Virus record (IMG/VR): IMGVR_UViG_3300020050_009209
Reading direction: 5' to 3' (one strand)
DNA: 64,000 nucleotides
Origin: a virus
Taxonomy: Duplodnaviria > Caudoviricetes
A program made the translations under genes and the position numbers. The notes beneath the pieces were generated by a model. That model did not search any database. It worked only from the letters and a program-made list of their open reading frames with translations, and was not told where the DNA came from. Shown one piece after another: positions 59,302 to 64,000 of this stretch. Position 1 is the first letter of the stretch. Each line of letters begins with the position of its first letter.

Positions 59302-59355
59302 TGGTTAACTCTTACCCTCTGGGTGACGTAAGGTCTAACAGAGAGGTGGTGCAAA

Positions 59356-59604
59356 ATGGGTTGTGGTTCAGGTCCGGTAACTGCGTTGGGTGTCGGGTTC
59401 ACTCCTCTCAAGGGGGAGCCTGAGGTCACGATCAAGTCCATCCTTGGGATCAACTACGTGTGTGTACGTAGGACCGAGCACTGGAAAGAGATTGTTGCGG
59501 AGTTCTCTGAGCTTAGCCATGCTGAGTTCTACGTGATGGCTCTTCAAACGAAGAAGTTGCAGATCCCTAGGGACTCTGCCACCCTTAGGGATCTGACTGG
59601 GTAG
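59356..59604 (+). CDS. hypothetical protein
   Basis: Class I promoter at 59305-59330; GAGG SD. Confidence 0.5.
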   Translation: MGCGSGPVTALGVGFTPLKGEPEVTIKSILGINYVCVRRTEHWKEIVAEFSELSHAEFYVMALQTKKLQIPRDSATLRDLTG

Positions 59605-59647
59605 TGTTTCAGAATATAGCTCGCCCACCATGTGTGGAAGGAGTTAC

Positions 59648-59673
59648 GGGACCGTCCCTTCGGGGGCGGTCCT
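59648..59673 (+). other. UUCG-capped GC hairpin (terminator or processing signal)
   Basis: GGGACCGTCCC-TTCG-GGGGCGGTCCT. Confidence 0.5.
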
Positions 59674-59684
59674 AGCTTGACCTT

Positions 59685-59755
59685 GGGTCAGAGGCAAAGG
59701 TTGCCGGGTGGTTTCCAAGTCCACCGTCGATAGGGTTCGATTCCTTACTGGCCCG
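59685..59755 (+). tRNA. tRNA-Trp(CCA)
   Basis: GGGTCAG/CTGGCCC; G73; loop TTCCAAG closed by a U-U mismatch. Confidence 0.7.
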
Positions 59756-59782
59756 CTAGTGTTTTGGTGTAGTGTTGTGTCT

Positions 59783-59856
59783 CGGGGTGTAGCTCAGCCT
59801 GGTAGAGCGTCGCGTTTGGGTCGCGAAAGTCGCAAGTTCGAATCCTGTCGCCCCGA
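59783..59856 (+). tRNA. tRNA-Pro(TGG)
   Basis: Canonical. Confidence 0.92.
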
Positions 59857-59905
59857 CAAAGGTTGCCAGTACTGGCAATAGTCTACTTGTGAGTTCGACT
59901 TAGGT

Positions 59906-60622
59906 ATGGCCAAGAGAAAACTTACACGAGAACTTCTCATCCCTATAGTAGCTAGGTGTACCTCTGTCATTGAGGTAATGGTAGAGTTAGGGTTGAGCAA
60001 AACGGGAGGTGGTAATCACCACCTAGTGACTTCTCGTATCAGGGAGTACGCACTAGACACCTCTCATTTCTCTCGCCGGTCAAGGTTGAATGGTAATGCC
60101 CAGAGTAGAGGGGCTAGAATAGTCACCCCTGAGGCTCTTTCCGTCTACAATCGTAGAAAAGGCTATCGCGAGGAAGCTAGAGTTCTAAGACGAGTTATGC
60201 TAGAATCTAACGTCCCCCATGTGTGTGCTGGGGACGGTTGTGGTTTGTCTGCTAATTGGAAAGGTAGACCTTTGCAGTTAGAGGTAGACCACATTAACAG
60301 GGATTACCGGGATAACAGGCTTGTCAATCTTAGGTTCTTGTGCCCTAATTGCCACTCTCAGGAGACTGCGGACTCAAAGTTAACGAAGCCTAGTAGGAGT
60401 GGAAAATCACGTAGTAGTAGTGGCTGTTCTAATCCACGACCTACAAAGGCTATTTGGCCCAGTAATAGTGACTTGAAGATTCTCTTGTGGGGGAAGCCTG
60501 CCGTAAAAGTGGCAGAGGATCTTGGAGTGTCTTCGGTAGCTATTAAGAAGTGGTGTAAGAGAAGGGGTATCGAAACTCCTTCTCGTGGTTATTGGGCTAA
60601 GTTATCGGCCCAAGTAAAGTAA
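59906..60622 (+). CDS. HNH endonuclease with C-terminal HTH
   Basis: LEVDHINRDYRDNRLVNLRFLCPNCH. Confidence 0.92.
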   Translation: MAKRKLTRELLIPIVARCTSVIEVMVELGLSKTGGGNHHLVTSRIREYALDTSHFSRRSRLNGNAQSRGARIVTPEALSVYNRRKGYREEARVLRRVMLESNVPHVCAGDGCGLSANWKGRPLQLEVDHINRDYRDNRLVNLRFLCPNCHSQETADSKLTKPSRSGKSRSSSGCSNPRPTKAIWPSNSDLKILLWGKPAVKVAEDLGVSSVAIKKWCKRRGIETPSRGYWAKLSAQVK

Positions 60623-60629
60623 AAGCAAC

Positions 60630-60702
60630 GTGAGGTATCTAGGCTGGTGCTTAGCCCTTCTTGACAAGAAGGTGTTGGAGGGTTCGATCCCCTCACCTCA
60701 CA
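60630..60702 (+). tRNA. tRNA-Val(GAC)
   Basis: Loop TTGACAA. Confidence 0.8.
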
Positions 60703-60855
60703 CCCATCTTTACTCGTACCTAACCTTTGGGGAGGGTGTCAGCGTAAAGCGTTTCTTGAGTCCTCCGGTATGGAGCCACCTTCTAGATCAAACTCGCTGC
60801 GATCGATGTAGGTTGTAGGAACTACTTAACTCAAGTTAAGGTAAAGGTGGGCCAT

Positions 60856-60931
60856 GCACTAGTAGCCCAACGGCAGAGGCAACTGATTCAAAACCAGTAA
60901 AGTATCCGTTCGAGTCGGATGTAGTGCACCA
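60856..60931 (+). tRNA. tRNA-Leu(CAA) with short variable loop
   Basis: Loop TTCAAAA; 5-nt variable region; ACCA end. Confidence 0.8.
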
Positions 60932-61054
60932 TAGAGAGTACCAATACTGTCAGGCAGGGTAGTCTCTAGTTAGGTGGGGTATGGTCTCCCACTCCACCTA
61001 AGGCGTTTCTCTTAACTCGACTTGCTTTGCAAGTCACACCAGAGATGTATCCAG

Positions 61055-62959
61055 ATGAACAAAGAAAATCTAGGCCCAGCAGAGCGCATTCTGCAAACGT
61101 TGCTTCAGTACACGGACCATGCCGTCCACAACCGACCAGGGTACACCGTAAAGGACGCCTCTGTTGTCGGAGTGAGGTGGCAACCTGTCACTCACAAGGT
61201 AGAGGGTGATGAGAAGGTAGTTTACACCCTTTCGAAGGTGGGCAAGAAGACTGTCCGTACGAGGTTGGGTGTTCTTCAGCCGGACAATCGAATCACTGGC
61301 CCTAGGGGGGCCTTGATTGGGGAGTATCGACCAGCTGGTCTGTTCCCTGAGGTTGTGACCTGGATGTACCGTCAGGTCACGGAGGTCTGGAAGCTTGACA
61401 ACGAGTTCGCTGCACGTTGGGCGAGTTACGCTTTCAAGCAAGAGCATCGAGACCTGAAGGTCATCCTGGCAGCCCTGATGCTTGTGCAGTCCCGTAAGGG
61501 AGACCCTGTTCTGGATCAAGGCAAGGTAGCCTTCTACGATGAAGACTTCCGAGACGTTGGAGAGGCCATGTTGCTGCTCCATGACAAGGACAACAAGGCT
61601 GGGTTGAACCCCAAGCTGCTTCTTCGAGTTCAGGAGATTCTGACCCTCCCTGGGGTGGTTGCAATCAACCGAGAGCTTGGTTTCTCACGGTCCCTACGTA
61701 ACCCGGCTCTGGGTCGTTGGCCCAAGGCTGTAACTAAGTGGCTTCGGTTCCGAGAGGAAAACCCCAAGCTTCTTGCAGGACTCGTTAAGGCTGGATTCAA
61801 GTCCACCGTAATGGAGTTGGCACGTAAGGTTGGGTACAAGCCGGAGTCCTCAAAGTTCTTTGAGGCTCTTCGGTGGAAGCAGGGGCAAGCCAAGGATGGT
61901 CACCGTTCAATTGCCATTGGGCAAGCGGTAACCGCTGCGGAATCCTGGAATGGTCTGACTGAAGAGCAAGTCTGTCAAAAGATTGCGTCTACTCGACCTA
62001 ACTGGAAGCGGATCGTAGGCCTTCTCCCTAAGGAGGTTGGAGTTACCCGAGCAATCGTGGCTGTAGCGATTGAGTCTGGATCGTTTAGCGACAAGGACTT
62101 GATCATTGCAACCCCGACGCTGGAGGAGCTTGGTCTCCTGGATGTTCAGGACATTCGAGCCCGCTGGGTTCGAGCCACGAAAGAGGCGGATGACATGCGT
62201 GCGGCGAACATTGCCACACGAGTCAAGAGCCAAGCGACCAAGGAAGTTCTACAGGATGCTGCGGACACAGCAATCAAGAAGGTTGTAGAGCAGGTCATGA
62301 AGGGGATTCGAATCTACTTCATGGTTGACATCTCGGGATCGATGGAAGGCGCGATTGAGTCCGCAAAGGGCTACATCAGTAAGTTCCTCCAGGCGTTCCC
62401 GAAAGACAAGGTCCATGTGAGTGTGTTCAATACTTCTGGACGGGAAATCCAAATCCCTCACGCGTCAGCGGCTGGAGTAGAGAACGCATTCAAGGGCATT
62501 AAAGCTGGAGGTGGTACGGATTATGGGGCTGGTATCCGAGCCCTCATGAAGTTCAAGCCTCAAGCTGACGAAGATGTCATCTTCTTCTTCGTAGGAGACG
62601 AGGATGCTAGAGAGTTCGCTACAGAAGTCAAAGCTTCTGGTCTGAACCCAACGGCATTCGGATTCGTCAAGGTGAATGCTCCTGCTGACTGGAGGACGAC
62701 TCTACCAGGTGGAGCTAGAAATGTGCTGGGGCAGCAATACTCGGCAGTACGAGACACTGCAACGAACTTGGGAGTTCCTTGCTTCATGGTGGACGCAAAT
62801 ACGTTTGACGACCCCTACGCAATCCCACGTACGATGCGGAATCTCATCTCAGCTACCCCTGTTGGTGTAGCTCGTAAGCAGCCCGAGACCACGCGAGTGG
62901 GTCTTGTGGACCTGATTCTAAAAACCGATATCATGCAGAAGCCGACCTGGGCTTCGTGA
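61055..62959 (+). CDS. vWA-domain protein, TROVE/Ro60-like
   Basis: MIDAS DISGS, GGTD, VGD; helical N-terminal region with GRW.KAV..W...LA..VK...L.R...KP resembling the Ro60 RNA-binding segment. Confidence 0.65.
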   Translation: MNKENLGPAERILQTLLQYTDHAVHNRPGYTVKDASVVGVRWQPVTHKVEGDEKVVYTLSKVGKKTVRTRLGVLQPDNRITGPRGALIGEYRPAGLFPEVVTWMYRQVTEVWKLDNEFAARWASYAFKQEHRDLKVILAALMLVQSRKGDPVLDQGKVAFYDEDFRDVGEAMLLLHDKDNKAGLNPKLLLRVQEILTLPGVVAINRELGFSRSLRNPALGRWPKAVTKWLRFREENPKLLAGLVKAGFKSTVMELARKVGYKPESSKFFEALRWKQGQAKDGHRSIAIGQAVTAAESWNGLTEEQVCQKIASTRPNWKRIVGLLPKEVGVTRAIVAVAIESGSFSDKDLIIATPTLEELGLLDVQDIRARWVRATKEADDMRAANIATRVKSQATKEVLQDAADTAIKKVVEQVMKGIRIYFMVDISGSMEGAIESAKGYISKFLQAFPKDKVHVSVFNTSGREIQIPHASAAGVENAFKGIKAGGGTDYGAGIRALMKFKPQADEDVIFFFVGDEDAREFATEVKASGLNPTAFGFVKVNAPADWRTTLPGGARNVLGQQYSAVRDTATNLGVPCFMVDANTFDDPYAIPRTMRNLISATPVGVARKQPETTRVGLVDLILKTDIMQKPTWAS

Positions 62960-62973
62960 AAGAGTAGAGCGTC

Positions 62974-63936
62974 ATGGGGTGGAGAGACTTGCTTCCAGAA
63001 AAAGAGGAGACTGTAATCTTCCCTTGGGTTGGAGGTAGGTCTCTTCGCTCCGGCTCTCGTACTTGGAAAATTCAAGGTGCGCTACCAGACGAGCATGGAT
63101 GGTATGCGTTTCGGATAGTGGGTCGTAATGCCACCCTAGGTGGACCTAGCGGTCCTGTAGTTGGGATGCTCGACCCGTACAAGGATGTTGGTTACCTAGT
63201 AGGAGACCACTTCGTATCTGATTCAATCCAAGCTCAGAGTGCTACTCAGGCGTTGCGTCAGATGAGTCCAGTGGGGCTAGTTGAGCCTGGACTAGATCGG
63301 TTCGCTAGAGTCTCCGTAGGGCGAGCGTTTGAGGGTGGCCCTCTTATCTACATGGGACTAGAGTTCCCTTTGGGTCCGGAGGAGCAAGTCCTTCAAATGT
63401 TCCTAGACCAAGCTCCAACCGTTCGTGAAGTCAAAGGAGTTCCGCCCGCGCTCGAAGCTGCCTTTCAAGTGGAAACTTGGCAACGTCTGGAAACAGAGAG
63501 GTTGCGAGTAGAAGCAAACGAGCGTCGCCGATTGGCGGAGGAGCAACGACGTAAGGAAGAGCAACGTCAACAGATTTTGAACCAGCTTGGGGACGCAGTT
63601 GGTCGCCGTCAAATGGCTCAACTCGACTTTGCAGAAGCTGCGAAGGCCTCCCTTGCGGTAGGGGGTGCTACTTACCTAGACCATCGTAGAGCCGTCACGA
63701 GAGGTGAGATGGTTGTAAGGTTCCGGTACATGAACCGTAGGTTTGAATGTGTGTGCGACGAGAAAACACTACAGATCATTGACTCTGGAGTGTGCCTTAC
63801 TGCACACAATGACGATGATGGGTTTGACGAGGGAGTGAAAGGAGACCGTTTCTTTACTCTTGAGTCCCTGCCATCCGTGTTGAAGGAAGCTCAGGATCTT
63901 GGCCGTCTTGTGGTGTATAGGCACGTAGATGGCTAA
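62974..63936 (+). CDS. hypothetical protein downstream of the vWA protein
   Basis: 14 nt downstream on the same strand; central coiled coil. Confidence 0.75.
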   Translation: MGWRDLLPEKEETVIFPWVGGRSLRSGSRTWKIQGALPDEHGWYAFRIVGRNATLGGPSGPVVGMLDPYKDVGYLVGDHFVSDSIQAQSATQALRQMSPVGLVEPGLDRFARVSVGRAFEGGPLIYMGLEFPLGPEEQVLQMFLDQAPTVREVKGVPPALEAAFQVETWQRLETERLRVEANERRRLAEEQRRKEEQRQQILNQLGDAVGRRQMAQLDFAEAAKASLAVGGATYLDHRRAVTRGEMVVRFRYMNRRFECVCDEKTLQIIDSGVCLTAHNDDDGFDEGVKGDRFFTLESLPSVLKEAQDLGRLVVYRHVDG

Positions 63937-64000
63937 CGAAAAAGACCGCTCAGTTTGGGTTTTCAGGCTGAGTAACGATCCAGTGGGTGTGCGCCCCATC

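Noticed and set aside
51601-60931. Suppressor tRNAs or an alternative genetic code
   Set aside because: No CTA/TTA/TCA anticodons when loops are centred, and recognisable genes are full-length in code 11

Overview
This 64-kb window looks like part of a large (jumbo-type) bacteriophage genome. It has dense strings of small ORFans and no recognisable structural or replication genes. Auxiliary RNA-repair and nucleotide genes include an Rnl2-type RNA ligase, RlaP-like nucleotidyltransferase, CYTH, cyclic-phosphate receiver, metallophosphoesterase, NUDIX, macro domain, ADP-ribosylglycohydrolase, dcd, def and a SpeD-GIY-YIG fusion. There are two tandem ECF-like sigma factors, and a ~9.5-kb cluster of 26 tRNA genes interleaved with six HNH endonucleases and about ten highly base-paired non-tRNA elements, ending at a TROVE/Ro60-like vWA protein. 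Main discoveries by eye: (1) three recurrent promoter-like motifs, including at least 27 copies of TTAA-N17/18-CGTA that are mostly 8-9 nt before an ATG (apparently leaderless). Their placement on the two sigma genes suggests a phage sigma cascade. (2) One sigma factor has an HTH plus HNH-like module nested inside region 2. (3) Two GC-rich foreign DNA pieces (a sigma-70 region-4 ORF and a Type III Mod methyltransferase) are inserted into phage genes between exact direct repeats of 35 and 14 bp, and both stay translationally coupled. (4) Candidate novel ncRNAs, including a ~340-nt pseudoknotted RNA with its own promoter and a double-T-arm tRNA mimic, are possible Ro60/Y-RNA-type partners. All assignments come from motif recognition only; no searches or folding programs were run.
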